The notes: generated from the letters alone by a model not told the origin. A stretch of DNA of 64,000 bases from Felis catus (GCF_018350175.1 NC_058368.1:2790001-2854000), one strand, 5' to 3'. Positions 24,643-37,944 are shown, counted from the stretch's first letter. Numbers and translations: made by a program.

Positions 24643-27436
24643 TATTAAATGGCTGCATGTCATTGCATGTTGGTATACGGGTTCAGTAATGTTTCCTTCT
24701 CTTTTTAGTTGTAAACTTTGGAGATGATAAGAAGGTCTGGGATATTTTGAACCTTTTTTTTTTGCCCCCTAGGTGGAACTGTGGCTGTAATGTATTCCAC
24801 ACCATGGGAAATAGACCCTCCTTCCCAAAGTGGTAAAGAAACCTTTTTAAACAATGAAGTGCCATGGCGTGCACATGGATGGTGATGTCATCAACACCTA
24901 ATAAATAAAATAATAACATTTTACATTTCGTGCTATGCTTTTGCTCCCCCAAATCCTTGCAGCTATGGCATAAGTCAGTGCTTCTGAAAGAAAGCCAATT
25001 TGAATGTGGGTGAACATCAATTAAGACGCGGGAACTCAGAGCTTTCTTGGTAATTGTCACACTGTTATGGAAAGCTCCCCAGGGTATCCTCAATTTCCAT
25101 GTAGACTAGATTGGGACTTCTCCGACCTCGGAATTTCATGCGGCAGTAAAATTTCCAAAAACATTGGAATACTGACATGTTTGCCTATTTTAAATTTTGC
25201 TAAAAAAATTAAGCACATTAGAAATATTAAAACAAAATCCCAAACCAAAATCAGGTCAACAAATTGACCCACCTCCTATCTATAATCACTGCACACCTCA
25301 AAAACGAAATGAAATTTCAACATCAAAATATTTACAAGCCTTAGGTCTCTGATCTGCAAGCAAATGAATATTTTAAGTGGGCTACCTTTTGCGTTATGAA
25401 AAACTTACTACATCTTTCTTATTTTTATGTGTGTATGCTAGAATTTATTTTAAGATGCTTAATATTATTAATAATATTAGAATTACAAAACTATGTTAGA
25501 TCTTCAGGCCAGCTTTTTGAGGGGAAGCACGGCTATCAAGGAGATGTCTTGGAATATTCATACGAACGTCAGACATCATGCCCCCGAGTGTGTTTTTGCC
25601 CTTAGCAGCCGGCGGTGGCTGGTCCCCTGCCATGTGTGACTTGAGTGTCACTATCTTTGTCTCTGCCGATGCCTCTCCTGCTGCCACCAGCCCCCGTTCC
25701 AGCTCCTCCTTCTGTCTCTTGCTCTCTGCTGCCTCGGGGCCTCCTCTTGATATCTCCCGGCCCTTGCTGTCCCGGGCCTTTGTCTGTGTGGCTTTTCGAC
25801 TTCTGTGTCCCGTTTGCTGGTCTGCGTTCTCTGTCCTGTCTCCGGATCAGACTCCTCAAAAGGAAGAATCTCTTTGGGCCTGTTGTGTGTCGCACCCCTG
25901 TGTGAGCGGAGCTCTTGCTCCGGACCCCGCAGAGACTGTCACCAGCTGACTTGTTGGCTGCTGTTGAGGCTGGTCTCTGGCTATGGACCAGCTGGCTGTG
26001 GCTTGGGGAGTGCCAGCTCTGTGCTAGGCACATCACATGGGTTATTGATTTCACGGCTTTTAAAGACCTGTGAGGTGGGTGACCATATTGAACTTACCTG
26101 AGCCCCGTGCTCCGGGGAAAGCAGCCATGATTATGAAATCCCTCCGCCCTTTGGTGTTCCCGGCATGGGCTAACCACAAAAGACCACCCTGCTCTGTCAT
26201 ATTCTCACATAGGACCCCCTTCCACCCTTCGGTATGTGACTCCCGTAAGACTTGCAGTGACTTTCTTATTTACTCGCCTCGATAACGCACCCCCCTCCCC
26301 CAAGTTTCTCGTTAATGCATATTCTTCCTGTTGCAGTAGCTTGTATAAAAACATCCCTTTAATGGTCTGAGCATCTTGTCTTTCACTTAGGAATTCTTTT
26401 CTCCATTTCTAGTCTTGAGTAAACTGAAACTTACCCCAAACCACCCAGACAAGAATGGCTAGCACTTGGCCTCAAGAGTAGCTGTGGAATGCGACTCCAA
26501 ATTTGTGTCCATTTTACTTAAGACATGTGTTGCCATGTCAACATCGTCGGGTTGGCTGAAGACTTTCTCAGGAAATGGCTCTCTGAGGAGAACAGTGCTC
26601 TTGGCTGGGCAAGCCAACGCTTCCTAGTGATAGAGGCCCTCATGTTTTATAAACTGAAGGACTCGGCATTTCAGCCGACGTTCTGCTCCTCTGTATCTCT
26701 GTGTCTGTCAAATTTGTCAGAAGCAAAGCCTTGCGGTTCTTCCAGAAGCATCCATCTTGTTCACCACCCTTAGAATGAGCTTTGGGGTCTTGGCAGGAAG
26801 CTGGCCCTATTCAGCTGTGAAACAGGCAGCGGGCTCGTTATTGAAAGTGAGCACTGACGGATGGGTTGTGTGACTGACGCTGCCTGGGGGACAGAGCCGT
26901 GACGCCCAACGCTCCGGTCACATCGCCGGGATCCGATGGAAAAGAGGATATAAAATATACCAGTGGTACGACGTGTATGGGTCGCGTGCTGAAACGGTAT
27001 TTTGGATAGATTAGGTGTAAATATAAATTATGAAACTTAAAAAAAAACAAGTAAAGAGAAAGAATTGCCTCTTTTGCTAGCATCTCATTTCACAGCCCTG
27101 GGTTATTATGCACAGTTTGCATGTCTAGGAGACGAGGCCCCTGGAACTTGTGTGGACTGGATGCTGCAAATTGTGCACAGCCTGTCTCCGAGCATGTTCC
27201 AGAGACGACCGACCCTCCTGGGCAGCGAGAGCTTCTGGCTTTGTGGCCAGGACAGCAGGGAATGTTCTGGGAACGGGCCTGTCTCTGCTTCTAGTGCCAA
27301 ATCTGGGACGATGCTTCTGTATGGCAGAAAGTCTTACCCCAAAAGATATTTTGTGATCCTGGGCCAAATTCAAATAAATCCCTTATCTCTGTATTCTGTA
27401 TATTATGAAATTCTCCAAATGTGTTTCCTTGCAGGA

Positions 27437-27561
27437 TTTTTTTCCTTTATTTTCTTTTTTTAAATATAAGTTATTGTCAAATTGGTTTCCATCCAACACC
27501 CAGTGCTCATCTCAAGTGCCCTCCTCCCTGCCCATCACCCACTTGCCCCTCTCCCCTGCCC
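27437..27561 (-). mobile_element. Felid L1 (L1_Fc-like) extreme 3' end, 5'-truncated
   Basis: T-rich tail then 'ttattgtcaaattggtttccatccaacacccagtgctcatc...tgcccatcacccac', characteristic of the cat L1 3' terminus. Confidence 0.9.
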
Positions 27562-28389
27562 ACGAAAGAATCTTGGTATCTATCAAGAACCGGCCGTGAC
27601 TTTCATGAATGAAGTCGTGCTGATTTTGACTTCTGACCTGAGACTTGCCACCTTCCTGGAGGATTAACAAGCCAGTGCTTCTGAAGAGGACAGGAAAGAG
27701 ACCGGTGGTTGCCCCCAACACCTTGCAGTGCCTCAGCCTGTCTGGGTTTGTCAGGCAGGAGAGGGATAAGGGCGGGGGGAGGGCCAGTAGCCTGAGCACT
27801 GCTTCCTAGGACCCTGGGTGTGAGCGAGCGCTTTCTTCCGGGTTGGAAACAAAAATACATACTCGCCCTCAGAATAAATGATAAATCTAGAAAATGCTTG
27901 TTTCTTTGTTGTCTCTAAAGTGTTTGAAGTCATTGTCATCCTCAGGCCAACAAACAAGCTTCTTTCGTTTTTAAATAGAACGCTAATATGAAAGTGCGAT
28001 ACGCTATTTTAAATCTACTTGAACTACACATACAAGTAGAGAAAAAGATGTTTCCAGAGTTCAGATGTATGAAAAACAGAATTAATTCCCTACTCGTGCT
28101 TTCCTAAGACCTCTGGCATAAAAGCCAGTTCCATTCGTAATTTCCATTTAAGAGAAGGAAAAATTATAAGCCACATCCTTTATTTCTAACACTCCGAGAC
28201 TTACAAAAAAATGTATTTACAGCAATGAATTCCTGTTAAATGAGAAAATGGCACCAGGGGAGCTTAAACGCCTTGTTAAAAGACATAGTGGTGAAGAAAG
28301 GCCAAATACCCGTCTGCCGACCCCACAGCTATCTAGTTTTCCTTGTTGGCCACACTTCCTTATAAAAACAGGTCCTCTGGGCTTTTGCT

Positions 28390-28868
28390 GCCTGCAGTCA
28401 AACCCCTGTTCTGCCACTTATAAAGCATGGGGGGAGCAGGTTAAGTTACCTAACTGTCTTAGTGAGTTTGGGCTGCCAGAACACGGATGACGCAGACCCG
28501 GTGGCTGATAACCGACGGATGCTTGTTTCTTACAGTTCCGGAGTCTGGGAAGTCCAAGATCAAGGTACCAGGAGATTCGGTGTCTGGGGAGGGCTTGGTC
28601 TCCGACTCATAGATGGGCATTTTTAACTGTTTCCTCACATGATAGAGGGGCCAATGGGGCTCACTGGGGCCTCTTTTATAAGGGCACTAATCCCATTCAT
28701 GAGGGCCCCATCCACACGACCTAATCATCCCCCAAAGGTCCCACCTCCAAATTACCATCACATTGGGAATTAGACTTCAACATATGAATTTGAGGGGGAG
28801 GGGGGATAAACATTTAATCTATAGCACTAACAAACCTGAATGTTGAGTTCCCTTGCTTGGAAATGGAC
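28390..28868 (+). mobile_element. MIR split by an MLT1A LTR
   Basis: 'tcaaacccctgttctgccactta...aagttacctaac' [LTR] 'aaacctgaatgttgagttcccttgcttggaaatgg'. Confidence 0.6.
28455..28826 (-). mobile_element. MaLR solo LTR (MLT1A/MLT1A0) with 5-bp TSD
   Basis: TG...CA ends; 'ctgggaagtccaagatcaagg', 'ttttataagggcactaatcccattcatgaggg', 'ttcaacatatgaattt'; TSD ctaac at 28450-28454 and 28827-28831. Confidence 0.95.
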
Positions 28869-28876
28869 ATCCAGAC

Positions 28877-28878
<2 letters not shown>

Positions 28879-28924
<46 letters not shown>

Positions 28925-28927
28925 TGT
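28879..28927. repeat. (TG)n microsatellite
   Basis: Direct inspection. Confidence 0.99.
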
Positions 28928-30476
28928 AATGGCGGGGGGGGGAGTGGAAGGGGTACAACTGTAGTGAGAAAGTCAGTATACATTGCCCAGAACAGCTTTG
29001 TATCTACGGAGGTTTGCGCTCCTTCTGGCAGTCAGGATTTATGTCCTTACCATGACTGCAGTTCCATTTAGCTTGGCCATTTCTTCTTATTGTGATGAAC
29101 ACAGGACCCAGGCCTTCCATGCTGGCCATTTCACCTTAGTGCTTCCCCTCCAGACTATCTGCTACCTGGACTATGATGATGCGTTTCCTTCCCAGATGCG
29201 AGCAGGACACTGCCTTCGTATCTGGAGCCTGGCCTGCCTGGTGACGCAGCAGGGAGGAGTCCATATCCTGGCCCGCCATTTTATTTCTATTTCTGGTCCT
29301 GGGTAACCAGTGTCCTGTGGCGACGTGCCAGGAGAAAGCATTCTTTCTCTCGATCGTGGCATTACTTTAACTCATAGGAAAAGAGTGGAAGGTCAGAAGT
29401 AAAACTCAACGTGCGGGGAGCAGTGTCATTTGTGTTCTGCTTTCCTGAGTTCGTGGTAAGCTCCTTGAGGCCAGAGTTGATATTCCCTGAGGCTGAAAGC
29501 CGCAGGGCCTCGCAGGATGCTGGGAGAATGAGCGCAAGAAAGACAAACGCTGGGCTCCAAGGTCAGCTGACAGACATCTGGGCCAGTATCAAGACAGAAG
29601 AGCTGTTTACCGCGAGTGTGAACGAGAGTCTCCAAATTCACTTCAACTGTAAGACACTGTTTACAGAGGTGTCAGAGGACATGGAGAGGAGCCCCCTGGA
29701 GGCATGGCTGAAGGGAGACGCAGCTGTGTGTTGTCAGAGAGAAGCCCACATTTTGCACATGGATCAGATCCCAGCGTATCAACACTGGCATCCGGCCCTG
29801 GTGCGGACCGGTCTCGGAGGGACGCTGCGGATCTCTGAGACACTTCCAGAGGCTCTATTACGGACAGGAGATGAGCAATTGCTCTGTCAAAGAAGCCAAG
29901 TTGAACATTCTGTGCATAACTCGAGCACCTCTTCATGTGAGGGGACATCTCTGAGTGCCTGGGACGCTTCAACATCTGATCCAACTGGGAAACTCGCAAG
30001 CACCCTTGACCACAAAGTCATCTGGGGAGGGAATGAGGAAGCAAAACACCTAAGATTGTTACAGCCCACCAATATACACTCAGACATTCCGTAACTTTCT
30101 TCCCTCTTCTTTTTCACTCGCGAATAGGGCTTTCTCACGCTTTTCAACTCAAAATCAGATGTGCAGTCTGAAAAAGCACATCAAGATGTGCCAGGTTGGA
30201 TCTTCGTTTATCTGGCAGAGCTACGTTCATTCAGGTAAACGAGGTACCTGCATCCACAGGCAGAACGAGTGAGGTACAGAGAGACCACGTCACCCCAGTT
30301 CCAAGTGACAAGTGCCAACCACAACTTCAAGGCATTTGCTTTTTACATGATGGACTGTGCTTTGCTTCCTACGCATGAGGACAAGACATCGAGGTGGAGA
30401 TACAAATCTATGGGTCCGGCTTCCTCCCACACTCGCACGTACCCACACAGGCACACACCTCTCCCTCTCCCTCCCT

Positions 30477-30482
<6 letters not shown>

Positions 30483-30520
<38 letters not shown>
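30483..30520. repeat. (CA)n microsatellite
   Basis: 19 CA units. Confidence 0.99.
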
Positions 30521-30526
<6 letters not shown>

Positions 30527-31942
30527 GAAAAAGGTCCATAAAGATGTTGTGGAAAGGTTCCATGGAATAGATTGAAACAAACATTGAACTGAAAAGTTGC
30601 CGTAAGAGTTTTCCGGTCGTATGAAGTAACTACTTCTATGCCCATCGGCCTCAGAAAGGTGTAGGTTACATGGCTGCTGCCTTAACCTTGGTGGGTATAG
30701 TTAGGTACATGTGAATCAAAGTTTTGCTATTTGAAGTATTGATTAAATGGTTCTTCTTCAGGCATTAATTCTGGCGATTAATGCCGTCGTGAGGTCTTTA
30801 TTGCTGTTCTTTGGTGAAGCTGGCAGGAAGCGTCTCTGAGGAAGGATGGGTCCTTCTAACTTAAACAAAAAATCCATCTATTAACTTCTCTCGAAAGATA
30901 TCTTGTCTGGATGTATGTGGTCGCGGTGAAATTTTATCTACGATTGTCAGGCACCCTCAGGATTTCTTTTTTATAACTTTTTTTTTTCTATCAAGGTGAC
31001 CACAGTCAATCCCCAATCCCCTTTAGAATGGCCTTCAAATTCAGTCTAATCTCTGTCACGCGCTTGGCCCCTGATGTGAGTCACTTTGACATTTTTGAGA
31101 CTGCAGGTTTCTCAGAAGGGGTGCGAAGGAGAAAGTTTTACAAATACTGTGACCTTGAAATAAAAAACGTCACTTTATTTTCCTGCTCTAGGTTTCACCA
31201 TGTGCCAGCTTGAAATTCAAGTAGGAAAAGGCAACAAAGCTGTGCAACTTGAATTTGTTCTGCAAGTCCGCACTGAGCGACTCACCCTTAGCAGTGAGAT
31301 TTTGTTCCATGTCTGTGGCAATTTGCTGGAGAATTAGATGGAGTTGATAGGGAGACTCTTAGGGGTTATAACTTATTTTTCTGTTATTTTTTTTTGTTTG
31401 AGTTTTTGGTGGCCTTTAAGCATAAACGTGAACCCAAACAGCGTGTTATCAGACTGACGCCCAGGAAATGAAAGCCTGGGGAGAACTGGCCTGCCCAGCA
31501 GGTACCAAGGAGGAGGGAAAGATTGGGAGACTGGGAAGAGTGATGGACCATCTTGGAGCTGAGCTGAAAAGGTGTTTGAAAGGTGCTTTGGGGGGGAGGA
31601 AAATGTGAAAACAAAAGGCTGCACGAGACAGATGATATCATTTTAGTAAAAAACAGCCTAAACTGTGTGACCCACAGTTGGAGGTCCCTCCTCCATCCAT
31701 CAATACCAAAGAATCACATCAAATTAGCGTCCACGCCAGTAACATGTGTCATCCCTGCTTCTTGCTTTCTGAGTCATTCTCCTGGTCCCAAACAGGGGCG
31801 GAGCGTGTTTGGGAAACACAGGAGGGTGTTGGTGGGGGCAGTGCTGAATCTGAGCAAGCCGAGTGAAAAGGAAAAAATGTCAAAGAAGGAAGTGGTAACT
31901 TGCCATGGTTTGGAAACGGACAGATACTTTTTTTGTTAAAAA

Positions 31943-32135
31943 ATTCATTTATTTATTCAATAAATACTCATGGACTGCTTAGTCATTTTAGGGGACGCGC
32001 TGGGTAGTGAGGATACAATCAGGAGCAGAAAAGAGTGTGGGACCTGCCCTTCGAGATTCCTAAGGTAGCGGGGAAGACATAGTAATGAAATACCCTTAAA
32101 TATAAAACTTCAGCCGTGACAAATGCTAATGAATA
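31943..32135 (-). mobile_element. L2 3' end
   Basis: 'ttcatttatttattcaataaatactc...tgaggatacaat...cctgcccttcgagatt...gtgacaaatgctaatgaa'. Confidence 0.7.
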
Positions 32136-32814
32136 AGCTTTGTCTTTTGAGACTTCTCAACGAAAAGCGTCTAAACATAGAAGCCCGAGTTCATCCTTGT
32201 TGTGCATCTTTTTCTTTGATTTATTCATTAGTAGATATTGAGGGCTTGCTATGGGCTTGGTGCCATTGCAGGGTCCAGGGGCACCAAGAGAGAGAAAGGC
32301 AGAGTTCCCGGTCTCCCAACGCCCAGAAGCACACCCACCGCTTTTATTAACAAAAAGTAACAATGCACGGCAGCCACAGTGCTTCTGTCTTGAGAATGAG
32401 CTTCAGGCTTGATGGGACTTGCTCCTGTTTGAGAGGAAGGAGATTGATCTCTTCAACCAGTGGACGCCTGTATAAATGCATTCCTTTCCCACTCCTGACC
32501 GATCGTCTCCCTTATCCCTTGCCGTTGTCTTTCGATGAGGCCAGTCCCAGTCACTACTTCTAACCGGCATGGGCCGAAGAGTACATTGCCTATACTTATT
32601 GACCAAATTCATTTGGGGCAGGGGACTTTTCTTTAAGCGTTACGTATTAACTTCGTAGTTAGCCGGCAAGAGGCTGGCCCAGGTTGAGGGCAAGCCGTCC
32701 AAGCACCCGCTGGCTTTAGCTGGGCACACAGACAACCCAGGCAGGCAGATGGTGATGACCTGGCAGGGGACACAGAAATCTATCAACTTGACTTCACAGT
32801 TTTGTGTGCTTTAC

Positions 32815-32893
32815 CTTTATTTGTTATTTATTTTTATTTTTTAGGGAGAGAGTGCTAGTGTGCATGCCAGTGGGGCAGAGAAGGAGAGAGAGA

Positions 32894-32943
<50 letters not shown>

Positions 32944-33062
32944 CTTAAGCAGACCCCATGCTCAGCTCGGAGCCCAATGTGGGCTCGATCCCAGACCCTG
33001 GGATCGTGACCTGATCCAAAATCAAGAGCTGGACGCTGAACTGACTGAGCCACCCGGTGTTC
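32815..33062 (-). mobile_element. Can-SINE (older SINEC_Fc2-like) with long (GA)n
   Basis: 'ctcgatcccagaccctgggatcgtgacctgatccaaaatcaagag...ctgagccaccc'. Confidence 0.93.
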
Positions 33063-33094
33063 GGCTCTAGGTTTATTTAAAATTGCTTTTACAG

Positions 33095-33270
33095 ATCATA
33101 CATACCTTGTCATCTTTACCACAATAACGTAAAGTAGGCAAGGATAGTAGATATTTTGGTTTTAAGGATGAAGAAACTTGGGACAGAATGAGTAGGAACA
33201 GAGAGGGCAGGTGAGTTTCAGGAGGATTGCAGCCCAGGTGCCTGTTAGAGCCCAAGCTTCTCCTTAGCAT
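33095..33270 (-). mobile_element. MIR
   Basis: 'tttaaggatgaagaaacttgggacaga...ggattgcagcccagg...agagcccaagcttc'. Confidence 0.6.
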
Positions 33271-33289
33271 TATCGTTCTAATTTTACTC

Positions 33290-33900
33290 TTTGAAAGTAG
33301 TTTCCCACCTCAGTATAACAGGAACATCTATCCATTGCTGACAATTTTGAACATGCCAAAAACCTCAAGGCATAACATTGAAATCACATGTAATACCGCT
33401 ACCCAGAAATAGATCACATTTTGGTATAAATTCTTATAGCTTTTTTTTTTTCTGTTTATATACACACACAGGGAATCATTTTCTAAATTGGGAATCAGCC
33501 TGTACATCCTATTTAATTAGCTGGGATTTCCACTTAAAATTAATTGTGAATTTCTTATGTGATCAAATATTTTGTGTAACATCATCTTTAACAGTTATGT
33601 ATTTTTTTTCCAGTTTATTTGAGAGAGACAGAGACAGCATGAGCAGGGGAGGGGCAGAGAGAGAGAATCCCAAGCAGGCTTCCTGCTGTCACCACAAAGC
33701 CCTACTGGAGGCTTAAACTCACAAACCATGCCATCGTGACTTGAGCTGAAATCAAGAGTGGGTCGCTTAATGGACTGAGCCACCCAGGCACCCAGCTAGG
33801 TGTTATATTTTTGATACAAGTCAAAATTTCAAAGCTTTAAATGATCTTTTATCATTGGGCTGCTGAGTTGTTTTCATGAATATGGTTTACAAATGGATAT
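33290..33900 (-). mobile_element. Very old L1 (L1MC/ME) 3' fragment split by a SINE
   Basis: 'gaaatcacatgtaataccgctacccagaaatagatcacattttggtata' resembles the L1MC5/ME 3' end. Confidence 0.5.
33598..33793 (-). mobile_element. Can-SINE (diverged)
   Basis: 'gagagaatcccaagcaggct...gagctgaaatcaagag...ctgagccacccaggcaccc'. Confidence 0.93.
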
Positions 33901-34328
33901 TTCAATTGAAAGTTGACCTGGGGAAGAAGGAAACTTATCTTTTTTTAAGTCACTAAATTCTTATTCCCAAATTCTTAGATATAATTTTAAGGAATTATTC
34001 AATTGAGGCGTAATTCACACATTGTAAAATACACATATCTTAAGCATACACTTTGATGAGATTGATAAATGCATTTACCCCAGTCACGTCCTAGATCGTT
34101 GCCATTGTCATGGAAAGTTCTGACTTACGTTGTTTTCAAAGTCAATCCTCAAATTTGCCCATGGGCAACTACACCCATGATTTTTATCAACATAAATAAG
34201 TTTTGGCAATTCAAGGTTTCTTATAAAATCCATGTACTTTTGACATCTCGTTTTTTTTTCTTCAGCATTCTGTTTTTGAGAATCATCTTTGTTGCAGGTA
34301 AGGTTTATTCTTTTTAAAAATTATTGCT

Positions 34329-34545
34329 GGGGCGCCTGGGTGGCTCAGTCGGTTGGGTGTCTGACTTCAGCTCAGGTCACCATCTCGCGGTCCGTGAGTT
34401 CGAGCCCCGCGTTGGGCTCTGGGCTGATGGCTCAGAGCCTGGAGCCTGCTTCCGATTCTGTGTCTCCCTCTCTCTCTGCCCCTCCACCGTTCATGCTCTG
34501 TCTCTCTCTGTCTCAAAAATAAATAAACGTTAAAAAAAAATTTAA
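34329..34545 (+). mobile_element. Can-SINE (young SINEC_Fc) with perfect TSD
   Basis: Near-consensus body with CpGs retained; TSD aaaaattattgct at 34316-34328 and 34546-34558. Confidence 0.98.
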
Positions 34546-35065
34546 AAAAATTATTGCTAAGTAGTATTCTATTATATGGATATAGCATAGTTTATCTATT
34601 CTCCTACTGGTGGACATTTTGGTTGTTTCTATTTTTGGCTACATTAAATACATATGCCATAAAGTCCCCCTATAGGCTGTTGTATGTTTGTTTGCCTGTT
34701 TTTGTTTTATTTTATTTTTTTCAAGCATGTATTTCAATGAGTAAATGCCTAGAAATAGAAATCTGGGTCTTATGGTAGGTGTACGTTTAACTTTATAAGA
34801 AACTCCCAAAATGGTTTTCCAAGGTGACTGTGCCATTTTATGATACTCCCACCAGCAATATACGGCAGTGCTGGTTATTCGAGTTTATGAAAACATTGGT
34901 GTTATACATCTTTTTAAGATGAGCTATTCCAGAGGATATACAATGGCACTTCATAGAGTTTTTCCTGTGCATTTTTCCAATAACTAACTATGTTGGATAT
35001 TTTTTCATGGGAATGTTGGTATTCACATCACCCTTTGTAAAATGTCCAATCAAACCTTTAGTCCA

Positions 35066-35267
35066 ATTTTTTTTAAGTTTATTTATTTTGAGAGAGAGAG
35101 TGTGAGCGGGGGAGGGTCAGAGCGAGAGGGAGAGAGAGAATTCCAAGTAGGATCCACACTGTCAGCAGGGAGCCCGACGCGGGGCTTGATTCCACAAACT
35201 GTGAGATCATGACCTGAGCCGAAACCAAGAGTTAGATGCTTAACCGACTGAGCCACCCAGGTGCCCC
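35066..35267 (-). mobile_element. Can-SINE with TSD
   Basis: TSD tttagtcca at 35057-35065 and 35271-35279. Confidence 0.96.
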
Positions 35268-35332
35268 ACTTTTAGTCCATTTTTAATGGGGGTATGTGCC
35301 TTCTAATTGAGTTGTTTTTGGTTCTTTGTATA

Positions 35333-35559
35333 ATTTATTTTATTTATTTTTATTATTTTAATGTTTATTCATTTTTGGAAGACAGAGAGAGAGCACAAGC
35401 AGGAGTGGGGCAGAGAGAGAGGGGGACACAGAATCTGAAGCAGGCTCCAGGCTCTGAGCTGTCAGCACAGAGCCCATTGTGGGGCTCAAACCCACGAACC
35501 GTGAGATCATGATCTGAGCCGAAGTCAGACGCTTAACTGACTGAACCACCCAGGCGCCC
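35333..35559 (-). mobile_element. Can-SINE with TSD
   Basis: TSD tg(g/a)ttctttgtata at 35319-35332 and 35560-35573. Confidence 0.97.
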
Positions 35560-36016
35560 TGATTCTTTGTATATTTTAGATAAAACTTGTTTGCTAGATG
35601 TGTTTGTGAAAGTTTCCCATAAGCCTATACCCTTCTAAGTCATTTGCTTACTGATATTTTTGAGAGCAGATGAAATCTTAGTTTTTTTTTCCCCTAATGG
35701 TTAGTGCTTTTTGAGTTCTAAGAGAGCTTTGCCAATTGAAGGTTGGAAACATGTTTTCCTCTATTTTCTTCTAAAAGCTTTACAGCCTCAGATGCTACAT
35801 ACAACTATACGGTCCATCTCAAATTAATTATCGTGCAAGAGGGGAAGCGGGGGTTGTGCTTCGTCTTTTTCAAGTAGAAATACAGCTGTTCTGGAACCAA
35901 TTGTCAGAATGATTTTCCTCTATTCACCAATGTACTTTTGTACCTTTGTTGAAAATTAATTTACTTTATAAATGTGAATGTATTCCTGGCCTCTATTCTG
36001 TTCCACAGGTGTATTT

Positions 36017-36238
36017 TTTTTTAATTAAAATTTTTTTTAAATGTTTTATTTATTTTTGAGGGAGAGAGACAGAGTGCGAGTGGGGGAGGGGCAGAGAGAG
36101 GGAGACACAGAATCGGAAGCAGGCTCCAGGCTCTGAGCTGACAGCACAGAGCCTGATGTGGGGCTCGAACTCACCAACCGTGAGATGATGACCTGAGCCC
36201 AAGTCGATGTGTAACCGACTGAGCCACCGAGGCGCCCC
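36017..36238 (-). mobile_element. Can-SINE with TSD
   Basis: TSD ggtgtattt at 36008-36016 and 36239-36247. Confidence 0.97.
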
Positions 36239-37944
36239 GGTGTATTTGTTTATCCTTATCTGCACGCCATATTGACCTGTTACTCTTGCTTTATAGTAAG
36301 TCTTGAAATCAAGAGAATGTAATCTCTTGGTTTCTCCCCAAGTATCTTCTGGTTATGCTAATCGTTTTTTGACACCTCATATACATTAAAAAGAATAGCT
36401 TGTCAGTTTCTGTAAGAAAAAAAAAAGGATCCTTAGGATTTTGATGGAGATTGTGTCAACTCTGCATGTGAATTGAAGAAGATTGGCATCTTAAGAATTT
36501 TGAGTGGGTTTCCCAATCCACAAATGTGGTATAGATCTTCAGTTATCTCGATCTTTCTTTTCATATTCCTCTAAGATACATTTTGGAGTTTTCAGTGTAT
36601 AGGTCTTGCATTTGTTTTATTAACCATATGCCTAGCATTTTATGGTTTTAGTGTTATTTTAATTCCTGCTTAATTACTGTTTACTTAATTATTTTAATTA
36701 CCGTTTCAACTATCTTTTCCAATTTTTCGTTGTAAATATATAGAAATACCCTTGGTAATTTTTATATTGGTCTTATAGCCCGTGACATTATACTTCTTCA
36801 TTCTAGCAGTTTTTTTACAGAGCTTTTAGGATTTTGACATGTTGCTTGTGAATAAAAAACAGCTTTATTATTATTATTAAATCTGTATATATTCGGTTTC
36901 CTTTCTTGCTTTATGTATGAAGTACAATAATGAATAGAAAAAATGAAACAGGACAGTCTTGCCTTGTTCTCAGTCTTAGAAGAATAGAGTTCAGTGTTTT
37001 CTACTGTTGGTTTTTTGGTAAATACCTTTTATGAGATTGAGGGAAATCATTTATTCCTAACTTACTATGTTGTTGTTTAGGTGATGAATGGGTGTTGAAT
37101 TTTGTCAAATGCTTTTTCTGCATCTATTGGGATGATCTTATGGCTTTTCTTCTATATAATGTTAAACCAACATTGTATTTGTGGCCCAAGTTCCATTTGA
37201 TACACACTTATTTTAATATATTTCTTGGCTTGATTTAATTTCTTAAGGATTTTTTGAATCTATACTTGTTAAGTATCTTTCTAGAGAAGAGAGGTTTACT
37301 TTGGGGGTTTGCTTTAGGGACCAGGATAATGACAATAAGTCAGCTTCATGAAACAAGCTAGGAAGCATCCCTTGCTCTTCAACTTTGATCATTATTTCTT
37401 TAAATATTTTTCTGTCCCCACTTCTTTTTTATTTCCTCCTGTGAGTTCAACAGCACCTGTGTTAGATCATTAATGTTGTCGTCCATAGATCACTGAACTT
37501 CTGTCCCACTTAACAACTCTTTCCCCTTTGTGCTCTGTTATGGATGGTTTCTGTTGCCCCTCCCACAGACTTGGGACTCACCTTTCTGAGGAGGGAGCAC
37601 TGCCCAGCTGGTGAAAGTATCTCTGAAGGGGTTCACTGAGGCTGGTTCTAGAAATGTCCAAAAAACCCAGAACAACTCCTGTTGCTGAGTGGGAGGTCTG
37701 TTTCTGGGTCATGCTAACACAAAGCAGAAACTAGAAATGGGGGTGACTCCATTCACTGCTTCCCGGCCCCCTGCATTCCAGGCTTCTAGTCTCCCAGAGA
37801 TGTCTCCCTTTGGAAGAAGCCTGAGATGGAAGGGCAGGAGCCGGCAAAGAGAAAGTGCTTTGCAGATTCTCAGCCCCAGCATCACACAGAAGGATCTGGA
37901 GGGGTGGGTTAGGACCTGAGAGAAATTGCTTACTAATGAGCGAA

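Larger units (their letters stand above)
33995..37560 (-). mobile_element. Old L1M (MD/ME-like) ORF2-3'UTR relic containing four Can-SINEs
   Basis: Antisense L1 motifs throughout: 'ggtggacattttggttgtttc', 'gttttccaaggtgactgtgccatttta', 'ctttatagtaagtcttgaaatca', 'atgaatgggtgttgaattttgtcaaatgctttttctgcatctattg'. Confidence 0.9.

Noticed and set aside
34329..34420. tRNA-like A/B boxes
   Set aside because: These are the heads of tRNA-derived Can-SINEs, not tRNA genes
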